Assembly (NCBI RefSeq): GCF_016432865.1
Contig: NC_067403.1
Location: 253,952,001-254,016,000 of the forward strand
DNA length: 64,000 nt
Direction of reading: 5' to 3'
From: Antechinus flavipes
Taxonomy: Eukaryota
This document shows positions 11,906 to 25,400 of the stretch, in pieces. Each line of letters starts with the position of its first letter. The first letter of the stretch is position 1. The position numbers and the translations under genes are program-made. A model generated the notes under the pieces. It saw nothing but the letters and a program-made list of their open reading frames with translations, made no database searches and was not told where the DNA came from.

Positions 11906-12861
11906 AAAAGAAAAGCTCTCCATAGCTTGGCAAGGTTTCCAAACCTCTTGAACCTCACAGGGCCCCTCTTGCAGCTTCCCCGTTTTCTCTGAGCTGGTAG
12001 AGCTGGCCTTTGTGCACAGGACACTCCCAGGAGCTCTCTTCCTCCTCATGTCCACTTCCAAGGCTCAGCTAAAGTTCCCAAAAGCCTTTTTCAGTCTGCT
12101 TTAATCTCAGTACCTTCCCTTGTTGGTTTTGTCCAATCTAGACTGTTGCCATCTGGTTAGTACAAAGCTGTGTGTGCGCTGTCTCCCTCATTAGACTGCG
12201 AGCTCCCTGTTTTTGCCCCTTCCCCCCCCCCAGTATCCCCAGTGCCCGAACCTTGTGCCCCTTGTGCTTGTTGACTTGTACCTCTCACCTTCAGCGGGAT
12301 GAGGAGCACGAGTTTGGGCCTGGCCCGGTGGCTCTTGGGCTCAGTCCAGGGCCCCTGGGGCCCTGCCTAGGCAACATCCGCTCTCTCCCCAGCTTCCAGT
12401 GGCTTGAGTCAGAGGCTAAGGGCACTTCACCCATGTACACATCTCCTGAGAGCTGACAGCTAGAATTGCAGCAAAGTCAGGGCTAAAAAGGGAGATCAGA
12501 GGCCTTCTGAACCAATCCCTCATTTTCCAGATGGGAAAGAGAGGCCCAGAGAAAGTCCTCCCCAGTACGCAGCCTGGGCCTTAAAGCTCGGAGCGGAGGA
12601 GCAAGGAACCGAAGCGGAAGAAGGGTGGGCACGGCGAGCTAAAAGGGGGAGCAGAAGGCCGGGTCCAGTAGCTGAACCCATTCTTATCTGATCTTTTTGA
12701 AAATAATGGGAGCAGAAAGTTACAGCAAAGAACATGGCAGGTGAGCTCAGGAGAATGAGTTCATTTCCTCGTTCCAAGTACTTTGCAAGTCTCCCAAATG
12801 GTTACCTGCCTCAGGCCTGTTTGTCCATCTGTGAAATGGGGAGAAGTGTCTTTGTCCCTCA

Positions 12862-12973
12862 GAGCCCACACAGCTGGGTGCAGTGACGGCCACCCGGAGC
12901 CCACAGAGCTGTTCTCAGTGCAGTGACAGCTACCCCAGAGCCCACAGAGCTGTTCTCAGTGCAGTGACGGCCA
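12862..12973. repeat. Minisatellite, about 41-bp unit, about 2.8 copies
   Basis: GAGCCCACAGAGCTGTTCTCAGTGCAGTGAC(A/G)GC units starting at 12862 (degenerate), 12897 and 12938. Confidence 0.85.
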
Positions 12974-13282
12974 TGACCCGTCAGCTCTCTGGATGCCCCT
13001 GCCCTGGCCCAGGTCCCAGGAGCAGTTTCTTTCCCTCTTGGCCGTGGCCATGCTCACACAGAAGCCTACTGACAAGGACCTGGCTTCATTACAGCATCTT
13101 TATTGATCAGCAAGCAGCAGACTAATGGAGAAAAGCAGCCTTCTCCTTCCAGAAGGGTTCATCTAAAGCCCAGAGCCCAGACCTATGAAGTGACCTCTCT
13201 GATGCAGCTTTTAGCCACTACTGGGAGACGGTGGAAGCCTCCCTCCCGCAGGCCGGGGTGCGGAGCCCCGTCACCTTGCTTT

Positions 13283-14163
<881 letters not shown>

Positions 14164-14748
14164 TTAATCCTTCAAGAAGAGAGAGTGAGATACCTCACAT
14201 AAATAACTGTAGACAGTATAAGATACCTGGGTGTAGATCTCTCAAAAACCCAGGAATGACACGAACAAAATTATGAAAAACGTTTTATATTAAAAAAAAT
14301 CAGATTTAAATGACTGAAGAAATATTGTTCGTGAGTAGGTAGGGCTAATGTAATAAAAATAAGAATCAACCTAAATTCTGTCAATAAAGAATTATTAAAA
14401 AAAAAAAAGAATCAACCTAAATTAATCTATTCAGTCAATGCCATCCGATTCAATTACCAAAAACTTTATTTTACTGAGTTAAATAACAAAATTCATTTGG
14501 AAGGACAAAACGAGCATATCAAAGGAATAAATTAAAAAAAAAAAACAAGTAAAGAAAGGGTAGCAGTACCAGATTTAAACTATATTATAAGGCAGTAATT
14601 ATCAAAATTATCTGATTCTGGCTAAGAAATAGAAAGGTGGATCGATGGAATAGAGCTACAATTTGCAGCATAAATGTTCATAATAATCTTGTATTTGACA
14701 AGGGTAAAGACAAATTTGGGGGATAAGAACTCAGCATTTGGTAAATTT

Positions 14749-14949
14749 TATTTTATTTTGCTTTATTTTTAAATAGCTTTTTAATTTACAAATTATATGC
14801 ATGGGTAATTTTACAGCATTGACAATTGCCAAACCTTTTGTTCCATTTTTTTTCCCTCTTTCCCCCCACCCCTTCCCCTAGGTGGCAGGATGACCAATAC
14901 ATGTTAAATATGTTAAAGTATAAATTAAATACAAAATAAGTAGACATGT
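14749..14949 (-). mobile_element. Short L1 3'-end insertion with TSD
   Basis: Reverse-oriented L1 3'UTR (gcatgggtaattttacagcattgacaattgccaaacc). Imperfect TSD ATTTG(G/A)TAAA(T/C)TT at 14736-14748 and 14950-14962. Confidence 0.75.
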
Positions 14950-15180
14950 ATTTGATAAACTTAAAAAAAAAAAAAAAAAAGCTAGAAACAGTCTAGTAGA
15001 AATTGGGTATAGATCAATATTTTATACCGTTTACCAAGATAAGGTCAAATGGATATGGGACCTAAATATAAAGAGAGCTATTAGGAGAAAATTGGAAGAA
15101 TGTTAACTTTCAGATTTATGGTCCGAAGAAGAATTTATGAATAAGAGATAGAAAGCATTGTGAAGTGTAAAATGGATAAT

Positions 15181-15183
<3 letters not shown>

Positions 15184-15217
<34 letters not shown>

Positions 15218-15350
15218 AGGCAATTAATATTAAGTGACTTGCCCAGGGTCACACAGCTAGGAAGTGTTAAAATGTCTGAGATAAAATTCGAACTCAGGTC
15301 CTTCTGTCTTCAGGGCTGGTGCTCTACCCATTGCGCCATCTAACTGCCCC
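15184..15350 (-). mobile_element. WSINE1-type tRNA-derived marsupial SINE
   Basis: The - strand reads GGGGCAGTTAGATGGCGCAATGGGTAGAGCACCAGCCCTGAAG...GAGTTCGAAT...CCTGGGCAAGTCACTTAA...GCCTCAGCAAAA(n), with A and B boxes and an A tail. Perfect 14-bp TSD AAATGGATAATTTT at 15170-15183 and 15351-15364. Confidence 0.9.
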
Positions 15351-15924
15351 AAATGGATAATTTTAATTAAGTTAAAAAAGGTTTTGTACAAATAAAATCA
15401 ATGTAACCAAAATCAGAAGGAAAGCAGAAAACTGGGAGAAAAAAATTTTATAGACAGGTTCTTAGATAAAAGTCTCATCTAAAATATATAAGGAACTTTG
15501 TTGAAGCTATAATATGCATGCTTCCCCAATTGATAAATATTCAAAGGATATGAACAGGAAGTTTTCCAATGAAGAAATCAAAACAATTTATAGTCATATG
15601 AAAAAATGTTCCAAATCATTATTGATTAGAGAAACTGCAAATTAAAACAATCTTGGGATATCATTTTATATCTACCAAATTGGCTAAAAAGATAGAAGGG
15701 CAAACAGACAAATATTGGAGGGAACGTGGAAAAATTGGGTCATTAATTAATTCATAATTGTTCATGGAACAGTGAACAGATCCAAATCTTTTGGAGAACA
15801 ATCTAGAATTATGGCCAAAGAGTTATTCAATTTCCTCTACCCCTTGGCCCAGCAACTTTGGGTCTGTTTCCCAAGGTGATCAAGGGAGAAAAAATTGGGT
15901 TCTCTTTGTTGTGGGCAAAGAACT

Positions 15925-16466
15925 TGATGTGGGAAAGATTCCTTTCTTTAAGATTCCCACCCCCTCCTAGTGAATGTAATTACCCTTTGACTCACAAATC
16001 CTGGTCCCTTTGTATTCCAATAGAAGATCCGGGCCTGTCCCAGCCCCATCCAGATCTGAGCCAACTTTGGGGCTACACCCAAAAGCCCCTCGAGCTAAAT
16101 CTCCCATTATAAAAGGGAGCCGCTGGTACCCTCTCTTTGCAGAGGTCCTGAACATGCTAGCCATGTCAGGACTTTCTGTCCACTGGACCCTCTGTCCAGT
16201 GTCCTCCTTATCTCTCTGTTCCCCTATGCTTTAACCTTGCTTCCAAACCCAATAATAAACCTCTTTTATCACTAGCTTCTCGGGCCCATAAATGCCTTTA
16301 TTGGGGACTCTCGCTGCTATTAGACCTCATTTACTGTCATATCCTTGCGCTGAATCCAAGGAGGGTTGCAGGGGAGCTCCATTTGACTTCCCTATACCCC
16401 AAACCTGCCACTAGACCTCAACTAAACCCTAATTTCACTTAGGTACCCCAAATCTAGACCTCATCA
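15925..16466 (+). mobile_element. Solo ERV LTR (4-bp TSD, ERV1-like)
   Basis: TGATG...CATCA inverted termini; AACT TSD at 15921-15924 and 16467-16470; TATAAAA 16108-16114; internal AATAAA. The flanks rejoin as L1 ORF2. Confidence 0.85.
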
Positions 16467-16887
16467 AACTGAAAATTGTGTGGATTCCCATCAATTGAGG
16501 AGGAACAAACTGGCCCGGATGATTTTGATGGAATATTACTGTGCTGTTAAAGAGAATAAGCTGGTTCATTTTAGAAAAAGGGAAAAACTTACATGAAATA
16601 ATGGAAAATGAAATGAGCAGAACCAAAAGAACACTGAATAAAGAAAGTAACAGCATTAAAAAAAAAAAATAAATAACGGAACAACGAAGGCATTTTGAGT
16701 ATTGTAAATACCCAAATGAAATACTGAGGACTTAGCAAGGAAGGTGTAGTACAGGATCAATGGAAATGTACTTAGTGTGATTTTACACACGTACACGTAT
16801 AAACACACATAGCCTTCTCTAAGGGAGAGGGGGAGAGAAGGGAAATATTAAAAAGTGGGAATGAGAGAAGAAAATGCAGGACCAGTA

Positions 16888-17450
16888 TGATGTGGGTGTG
16901 GTCCCTTTAAGAATGGATTATTCCTTTCTTTCTGACTCCCAAACCCTCCTAGTTGATCAATCCAGGACCTTTTGATTCACAGATCCTGGTCCCTTTGAAT
17001 TCCAGTAGAAGATCCAGCCTGTTCCATCCCAGCTTGGGACTCCACCCACAGGCCCCTTTAGCTAAATCTCTTAAGAGCCAAGCTGGGACCCTCCCTTGGC
17101 AGAGGTTCCAAACATGGCAGCCTTACGCCCGGCATGCCAGGACCCTCTGCCCACTGGAACTCTGTTTCCGGGGTCCTTCTTATCTCTACCTTTACCTAGT
17201 TCCTTAACTATAATTTAACCTCACTTCCAAACCCCATAATAAACCTCTTTTATCAATCTAGCTTTTCGAGCCAATAAATTCTGTTATTGGGAACCCTTGC
17301 GCCGCCACTAGACTTATTTAACTCCATATCCTTGCGCCGAATCCAAGGGGGTTGCAGGGAGCTCTGTTTGACTCCCTATACCCCGAACCTGCCACTAGGC
17401 CTCGACTAAACCCTAATTTCATGTAGGTGCCCCATAGCTAGACCTCATCA
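16888..17450 (+). mobile_element. Second solo LTR of the same family
   Basis: Same TGATGTGGG...GACCTCATCA termini and shared blocks (atcctggtccctttg, aataaacctcttttatca, ctaaaccctaatttca). The TATA position is altered and the TSD is unclear. Confidence 0.82.
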
Positions 17451-17655
17451 GTACTATTTCCAAGTCTGATTCTTTTTGTACAGCAAAATAACTGTATGGA
17501 CATGTATACATATATTGGATTTAACTTATACTTTAATATATTTAACGTGTATCGGTCAACCTGCCATCTGGGGGCAGGGGTGGGGGGAAGGAAGGAAAAA
17601 GTTGGAACACAAAGTTTAGCAATTGTCAATGCTGAAAAATTACCCAGCATACATC
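17451..17655 (+). mobile_element. L1 3'UTR fragment
   Basis: ctgattctttttgtacagcaaaataactgt...caacctgccatctggggg...gcaattgtcaatgctgaaaaattaccca. Confidence 0.75.
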
Positions 17656-17973
17656 TTTTTTTTTTTTTTTTAAATTATAGCTTTTTATTTATAAAAGAAA
17701 GAAGATGACTAGCACTTGTCGTTTGGTTTTTTAAAGTAAACTGAAATGTCCATTCATGGTTTTATAGTGAAACTTCGTTTCAGGCTGTGCCGTGTACATG
17801 GAAATGGTCTTTTTTTGTCTTTATATATTTCAGTTCAGAATGAATAAAAGCAAAAGAGAGTCAAGGAGAGCTGTCCCTTTTACAGGAGGGGCGTTGGTGA
17901 ATAGAGGAAAACTGCCAGTTCCAATATGAGAAAGCAAAAGCTGAGCTGAACAAGAGTCTCCTACGCCACCCCT

Positions 17974-17977
17974 CACA

Positions 17978-18009
<32 letters not shown>

Positions 18010-18117
18010 TTTACACACTCACACACACACACTCACATTCACACACACATACACAGGCACTCATACACACACACACACTTACACACTCACATTCACACAC
18101 ACACATACACAGGCACT

Positions 18118-18156
<39 letters not shown>
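17974..18156. repeat. Compound (CA)n-rich microsatellite
   Basis: CA runs with internal duplicated variants (cactcacattcacacac, acaggcactcat). Confidence 0.93.
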
Positions 18157-18159
<3 letters not shown>

Positions 18160-19484
18160 CTCTTAGCCTGGTACCTGTACATCAATTGACTTGGACAGAA
18201 TCTCTCAGGACTTGGAGCTGGCTCACAGTCAGTGTCAACATTTAAGCCCAGAACCTGAAGCCACATCCAGAGTTTTTTCACTCTGGTACAACACAAAGGT
18301 TCAGGTGGCGAGGGACCTTCCGGGTCCTGGCCAATACAGTGGGTAGTGTGTGCAGTCAGTGTGGAGTTAGAAAAGACTCGAGTTCAAATGCAGTCTCGGA
18401 CACTGACTAGCTGGGTGAGCCAGAGTGAGTCACTTCACCCGGCCTGCCTCAGTTTCCTTCTCTGTCAAACGAGCTGGAGAACAGCCACCCCCTCCTGTAC
18501 CTCTGCCAAGAAAACCCCCAGTGGGGTCTCGGCGAGCCAGCCGTGACCATGAGGCAAGTGCTAGGACCCCCACTTGCTGCCTGGTCTTCACCCAAGCCCA
18601 GCCATCAGCTCTCAGCTCCACCCAGCCTCACTCACCAGCTTGCGCTTCTGGACAAGGTGTTCGGGATCAGGTGATCAGCTGGTGGGAGTCCTCATGGCAG
18701 CACTGGGGGGGATCTGTGGCCTTCGAGCTCCGCCGCCCGATTTGGTCAGGAGCCTCCAATTTTATAAGCTGGGGCAGTGATGTCATGAGCTGCTCCCCCC
18801 CACCCTCATCCACGGTCCTGTGTCTGCAGAAGGGCTGGTCCCATTTCAGGGTCTGAGTCACGGGACGAGGGATGGGGAAACCACATGCATCTGGCTCAGC
18901 TGGAGGCCAGGCTTCCAGGGTCCTGGAAAGGGAGGGGAACGTGGCCAGCGGCCAGCAGCTCGAGCGTGGAATGTCAGGCCTGTGAGCACTCAGTGGGGTT
19001 CTGGGTGGACAGCACATCTGTGACGGTAACGGGGGGCCTAGAACCCAGGCCAGGATGCCCGGACCACACCCCCCCCATCAGCTCATTTCCTGTTTTACTT
19101 CTCCCAGTGGTAGAGGGAGGGGTGGGACAGAAGCCATCATCAGCCCCCGGCCACTCCAGGCCCAGGGCCACATGAGGCCCCACGTGAGATGGAAAGATTA
19201 ATAGCTTCCAGAAGAGTCAGGCTCAGAGGCCACAACAGGCTGCACCCGCAGGACTGTCCTGGTCCCCCAGCCCCCAGCACGTGAGCAGCTCTGACCCCGC
19301 GAGGCTGAGAGGGGAAGGCCCCAAGGACAGCCACTTTTCCATTCCTTGCTTGGTGACCCTCTCCCAGACTGACCCAAAAAGGGAGGAAACCAGATGGTGT
19401 GAAAAAAGTTTATTGTGGGGAAAAGCATTAAGGATGGAGAGCAAAGGAAAAGTGCTGGACATCTGAGGACCAGGGCCCCCACCC

Positions 19485-22400
19485 TCAAGAACTAGAGCAG
19501 GCTGAGCGGAGGCGGGGGGTGCCTGACGGGCTCTCGGCGCTGCCTGCAGGGTCTGCGCTGCCCAGGGTTTCCGGGCAGGGGGAGGGCAGGTTGGCTTCCG
19601 TCAGCAGGGCCGCATCCTCCCAGGAGCCAGAACCTGAGTGGGGGAGAAGGGGGAGACAAGGAGTATGAAATAGCATCACCTCCGCCCCTGCCCCCCACCC
19701 CTCCCCACCCCCCGGGCGGCCAGCAGGGACATGACCCTCACCGTCACTGGTCTCCTGATCCAGGCCCTCCTCATTAAGCGGCTGCAGTTCTGGCCCTTTC
19801 TCTTCTGGCAGCTGACTCCCTGCAGAGAACCAAGCGGGCCATCACACTTGGCTGGGTGTGTCTCAGGAGGGAATGAGAAAGGCGGGGGGTGGGGGACAGG
19901 GGCCTGTCCCTCTGCCCTGGCACGTACCTGGCCCAAGGGGAGCTGCGTGGTCCCCATCATCCTGAGATTTCTCGGGAAGCCTGGTTAGCTCTGCTCGGCT
20001 TCTGGGCCCCAGCCCTGCGGAGAGGGAGGGGCTGCAGGAGCTGTTCCCACAGACATGCGTGCTCCTTCCCACCCCCTCTGAGCTGAACCCGAAAGCTGGA
20101 CTCAGAAGGCCTGGCTCCACTGGTAACAAGCCCTAAGCCTGGGACCCCCACCCGAGTCACTGCGGCCCCTGGGGGAGCACGCTCTGCACAGAGACACCCC
20201 CCGCCCTGGGCCTTAGCAGAGGCCTCGACGTCCAGGCATCCGTCAGCACCCCGGGAACCTCCCCTGCCGGGCTCACGCCAGGACTCTGCCACGACAAACG
20301 GGCTCAGTCATGGCGAGGACGTGTGTGAGCGGAAAGGCAACGAGCCAGCCAACAAGGAGGGCAGCAGGATGCCCGGCAAGGAGCCCCCCATTCAGGGCAC
20401 AGGGAGAGGAGCCCCCCGGAGATCACTGAACCCCCCACCGCTCTGCTGTCCGACAAACCTGGCCGCCTGGAAGCGACCCTTCTCTGGCCTTCTGATTGCG
20501 TGCTGTCCTTATCTCGACCGGGCCCCTAGGAAGGGAGAAGAGGAGGAACCTCAAAGCACTCCTTGGAGGCCCCGGCCCCGGTCCCCTCCGGCCCTCGACG
20601 CCCCCCAATACCTGCAAGGTGAGGCGGTGCCTGGGCCAGATGCCGCCCCACACCCACTGCAAGTAGCTGAAGAGCACAATGACGCTGAGGAAGGTAAAGT
20701 TGCTGGCGATGCCGATGACGGCGGAGGTGACGGGGAAATTGTACAGCAGATACCTGAGGCCGGGGACACTCCGCGTCACGGGGGGCAGGGACATGGGCTT
20801 GCCCTGCAGCCCCAGGCTTCCGAGGCCTCCAACCCCCCAGTGACCAGCACCTGGGCTTAGTCTGAGAGGCGGATCTCATTACATCTCGGGAGCCCCGAGG
20901 GATTGGGGGCGGGGGGGATGGCGCAGACCTGGCAAGCGCCATGACCGGTGACTTCTCTGTAGCTGATGCCTCATCCTCACATCCCACCCAGACTGAAAGC
21001 TGGTCCTGCCCGCCCCCCAGAGGAGTGCCCCCTCCCCACAGGAGACCCCTCAGCAAAGGCCCAAGGTGCTGTGTTCCCTTCCTGGGAAGGCTTCCCAACT
21101 CTGCTCCGGCCGGGCCCCTCTACCTGAGCCCTGTGAAATGGGCGTGGATCCGCAGCTGAGCCCCATAGAGCTGAATGCGGGTGCTGTGGATCTCAATCAC
21201 TGCGCCGGTGGTGGGCATGTACTGGGGAGGAGGGAGGTGGTCAGCACCGGGAGCCCCTCGGCGCTCCCACTCTCTCCCTCCTCTCCCCTCCTCCACCAGC
21301 TGCCCCCAGCCCTTCCCCTTTCCTCAGCAGCTCTGGCTAACAAACAGGGCTTCCTTTCGGGAGAAGGGGCCAGGGCCCCCCAGTTTCCCACTCATGCACC
21401 CTGACCCCAGGGGCTCCTCTCACCGAGTCCTCCCTGTAGTCTGAATACAATTCCACCTCGAGGAGCTGCTTTTGCTCGGCGAAGCCCGATAAGAAGAGGC
21501 CGGAGAAGACAAGCGTGTCCAGCAGTCGCAGCAGGGTTGAGCGATAGTGCAACATGGCCTGGAGAGCCAGAGGAAGCAGACCCTGGCTCGGGGCTCAGCC
21601 CCCCACTCCCGGTCCCGCCCCTCTTCAGAAGCCTGTGCTCCTCCACAGCCAGGCCCTGCTCCCAGTCCCTTCACCCATGTTCCAGTGTTCACACCTCAAG
21701 GGCCCTCCTGCCTTTTGTTTGCTCACATTTTCCTTTTTACTGAAAGCTCAGAGGTTCAGGATAATCCATTATGTTAGCCCATTAAACCTGTCCTAACCCA
21801 CCCCCCTTCTAACATTATAATCTGGCCAGTCCTTGTTTGGGGGTTCTTAACCTGAGATCTCACAGTCCATTTCAGAGGATCCATGGAAGTGGATGGAGAA
21901 AAATCATTGCACCCTTCAAATGCATTCAAAATAATGCAATTACAACTTGATTCTGAGGAGGGGGTGCAGAGGCACACTCCTCAGACTGTCTAAGGGATCC
22001 AGGACACAAAATGGGGAAGAACCTCGGATCTGAGGCAGGTGGGGGCTCGAGATCACCCAGTATTTCTGTACAAGTGGAAGAGACACTAAGGACCTAACCT
22101 GTTCCAAGTCCCTGTTGCTAGATGCTGGGGAGACCATCTGGGTCAGGAGAGAGCGCTCCTTAAGGTCAGGCCCAGTCCCCAAGTTAGTGCTTCAGTGTGG
22201 ACGGGCGCCCCACGCCAGGCCCACCAAGAAGCCCTGAACTTTGCAGCTCTCTCCCAAGGCTCCTAGGGTTGTCGTGCCCGCCGTGTGCCCCTCTCCCTCC
22301 CCACCTAATCTCCAAGACTCACAGAACGGGCAGAAGAGGAAATGACTCGGCCTCCTCGGGTGTAGCAAGCAATGGTGACCATGAACATGCCCAATTCCTG

Positions 22401-25400
22401 GTTCACCGGGGACTCGGGCATCTCCAACTCCAGAGAAATTCGGTAGGGTTGTCCGTACATCAGCACCTGCACACATGGGCGGGGGAGGGGGGTTAACATC
22501 AGCCTCCTTCCTAGCCCCACGCTCTGTGATGATGCTTCTTCTCTTTTGTTTCCAAATCCATCTCCCCCCACCTACTAGGGAGCCAATGCTTGTAAAAGAA
22601 TTTAAAAAGAAAAAACCAGCAGTTGAGTAAATCTAACAGCCTAAGAATCACTCCAAGCCCAGGCACCCCCTGACCCCCATTGGCCCTCCTTTCCCGGCCC
22701 CCGCTGCAGCAGCCCCAGCTCCCAGGCCGAACCGCACTCCCTGGTTCAGGGAAACATCTGCCCCATGTCACTGACTCTCCCTTCTCGGAAAGCGAGCTCA
22801 CAGGTGCCAAATGGGTCATCCGTGACTAAGGCTAAAGAGTGTGCTAAAGAGACCATCCCCCTGGACCAGCTTGACACCATTTCTGTCGTTAATTAACCAA
22901 CAGCCAGCAGTCCCTAATTCAGGAGGCACTCAAAAGCTCTTCATCACCCTTCCTCACGTCCCATTTAGAAGAATGATGGCCCCAGACTCATTCCGCCTTC
23001 TCGGGGTGTCTCCTGCTCTAGGAGATCACGGCTCACTTTAGCTCTGAAGACTAGATTCCTACCCTGACCACCCGGGGTGTCCGTGGTACCTCATTTGATA
23101 AAAACTCTTAGCCCAAATTTGGCCTACGCTATTCACTCTCGGGATGATCAATTCCACAAGAATTCTGCCCATTGTGCAAACTCTTCAGTGCGTCATTCTC
23201 CTTTTTGATGCTTCCAAGAGTTTATTAGAAATGGTAAGACGTTAGCACCTCGTGAGGACATCTGGCCTTTGTCATTGGCAGAAATCCACACACTACTTCA
23301 CCCCTGCAACAGGCCTTAGTCATCCAGCCTGTCCCGAGACTCCCCCCTTTTCCCCAACCTTCTCCCTGGCCCACAGTGACCTTCCCAGCGCTCCCAGGGC
23401 TGGGACACACAGGCTTCTCACAGCCAGGCTGCAGGCCTCAGGGGCCTATCTCCCACCCGATCAAGGCTGACTGAATTGAATGCCATTGGCTCCCAGCTAA
23501 GCGGCATCGTTCCCGATTCTGTCATCTCTGCCCTGAGTTTGTCCCATGAGGACTGCCCCGCAAGCTCTCGGGAGCCAGGGACCCTAGGAAAGGACTCAGC
23601 TTCAGCTTTTCACACTCGGGCCAAATCTCCCCTTCGGGGTTACTTTCTCATCTCAACTGCTCTTCTCCGAGACAGGCACCTGTCAGAAAGGCCAACCCCC
23701 CCCCCCCATCCCCAAAGGTCACAACCACGACTCGGGCATCTCCCCTAGTTTGGGTACAGAGGTACTGCGGCTGGAGGGGAGCACCTGTTATCTGAAGTAT
23801 ATCGCACAAGAAACAAATCCACCTGTCTACTGTCGCCTCACCTGGGGAAATCAAAATGTATCTTTATCATCTTGGCATTTCACTATCCACAAGAAACGGG
23901 TGGTCCCTAAGGATGTGAATACTTCACTACATATGCTTCTACCAAGCCTCATTATTTAGGCAGAGGGAAGAAATAAATATGTATTAGCATCCACTATGTG
24001 ATGACATTGTGCTAAACATTTGACAAACATCTATCTCATTGATCTTCAACAAGCACATTGGAAGGTAAGTGCTATTGTTACCTCCATTTTACAGTTGAGA
24101 AAACTGAGGAAATTTTAAGGAAGTGACTTGCCCAGTGTCACATAGCTATTGCCTAAAACTGAACTAAACAGATCCTCCTGACTCAGGTCAGGCTGACTAA
24201 GTCACTGTTGCCTCTAACCCTCTCATTTAAATAATGAGTTAAGATGGCTCCTTGCAGAAAAGTCCTGGGAGGATCCCATGGCTTTTAACTTTTATCCTTT
24301 GGCTGAAATGTTCTCTGAGCTCTACTAGTCTTGTCTTTCACCCATTCCTGATAAAATATTCACATTCCTCCATTTTTTAACTTTTTGGGATAAAAATTTG
24401 CAAAAGGCTTTTTGAAGTTCTAATAAATCCCTGATCAGCTGGAAGGCCCCAGGAGGCCAGCTACCTTTCTGAGAAAGCAGCAGAGCTGGGGTGAAAAGCT
24501 CACAAGGTAACAGGAGGCCGAAGCAGGCCTCAATCCCAAGCTCTCAGACACTGTCCAAGACGAGGGCCCGCCTCTGCACAGAATACGACTCGTGGACAAC
24601 TTGCTGCCTTTCTGTGAGTCGGCTTCTTTGCTTAGGTGTTCGCCAGCCCCCCTCCCCCCCAGCTAGCCCAGCTCTGGAGGCGGACAGGCTGGTCTGCACG
24701 TTCTAGCCATCCTCTGCAGCCATGGAGACACCGACAGGCCCTTTGGTCCAGCAGCTGTTCGTTTCTGATGCGCTTCCACAGCGTTTGACCCTTCAATCCC
24801 ATCGACATGGGTGGATGCCACCTCAGCCCATGATTTCTCTCACTACTCATAAAACCGCCTGCCCGTTCAACAGCGTCACACACGGGCGTTGAGGCCTTCG
24901 AGAACAAGGCTCCTCACCCGCGTTACTCACCCTCTCACCTGCCCAGCACCTTTTGCTGGAGCTCCCAGTGCAAGCTTTCCCACCTTCTCTTCCCTACTCA
25001 CCCGATCACGTCCACCTTTAACCAGGGAGACGTTGGCCACAGGAAAGGAGCAGAGAACAGGTCCAGCAGAACCGCAGTCTGTCCTAGAGAGGGAATGAAG
25101 TCACACCATTTACCTTAAGTCCCCTCACACCCTGGGGGGGTGGCACAAGATGATCTCACTCACTCCCTTTTCCTGCTACCTTATCATCTGTATCAGAGAA
25201 GGAAAATGGTGTCACTCCTGCCATCGTATCTTTGACATGTAATAAGAGCCAAGTCCCTAGAATTGAGAGTGAACAGGGAAAGGGGGGAGACAGGAAAAAG
25301 GGTCCCCAAAGAGGGAAGAACTTATCCCCAAGGGGAAGAAGACTCATGGGAGGTTTCCATGATCCTAAGTTGGGTTCCTTTGGTTGTCAATTATATTCAC

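Larger units (their letters stand above)
14200..16880 (+). mobile_element. Old degenerate L1 ORF2 / 3' region hosting nested insertions
   Basis: A-rich L1 ORF2-like text (tatattataaggcagtaattatcaaa, ccccaattgataaatattcaaaggatatgaacagg, cccatcaattg), broken by an L1 fragment, a SINE and an LTR. Boundaries approximate. Confidence 0.75.

Noticed and set aside
12862-12973. Direct repeats resembling a CRISPR array
   Set aside because: Head-to-tail minisatellite with no unique spacers, in a mammalian context with no cas genes.
15925-17450. Possible collapsed provirus (LTR, internal region, LTR)
   Set aside because: The spacer is L1 ORF2 sequence, LTR1 has its own TSD, there is no PBS or PPT, and the two LTRs are too divergent.
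20321-20860. 179-aa + strand ORF inside BSCL2
   Set aside because: Antisense to BSCL2 exons, with a non-ATG start and no independent signals.
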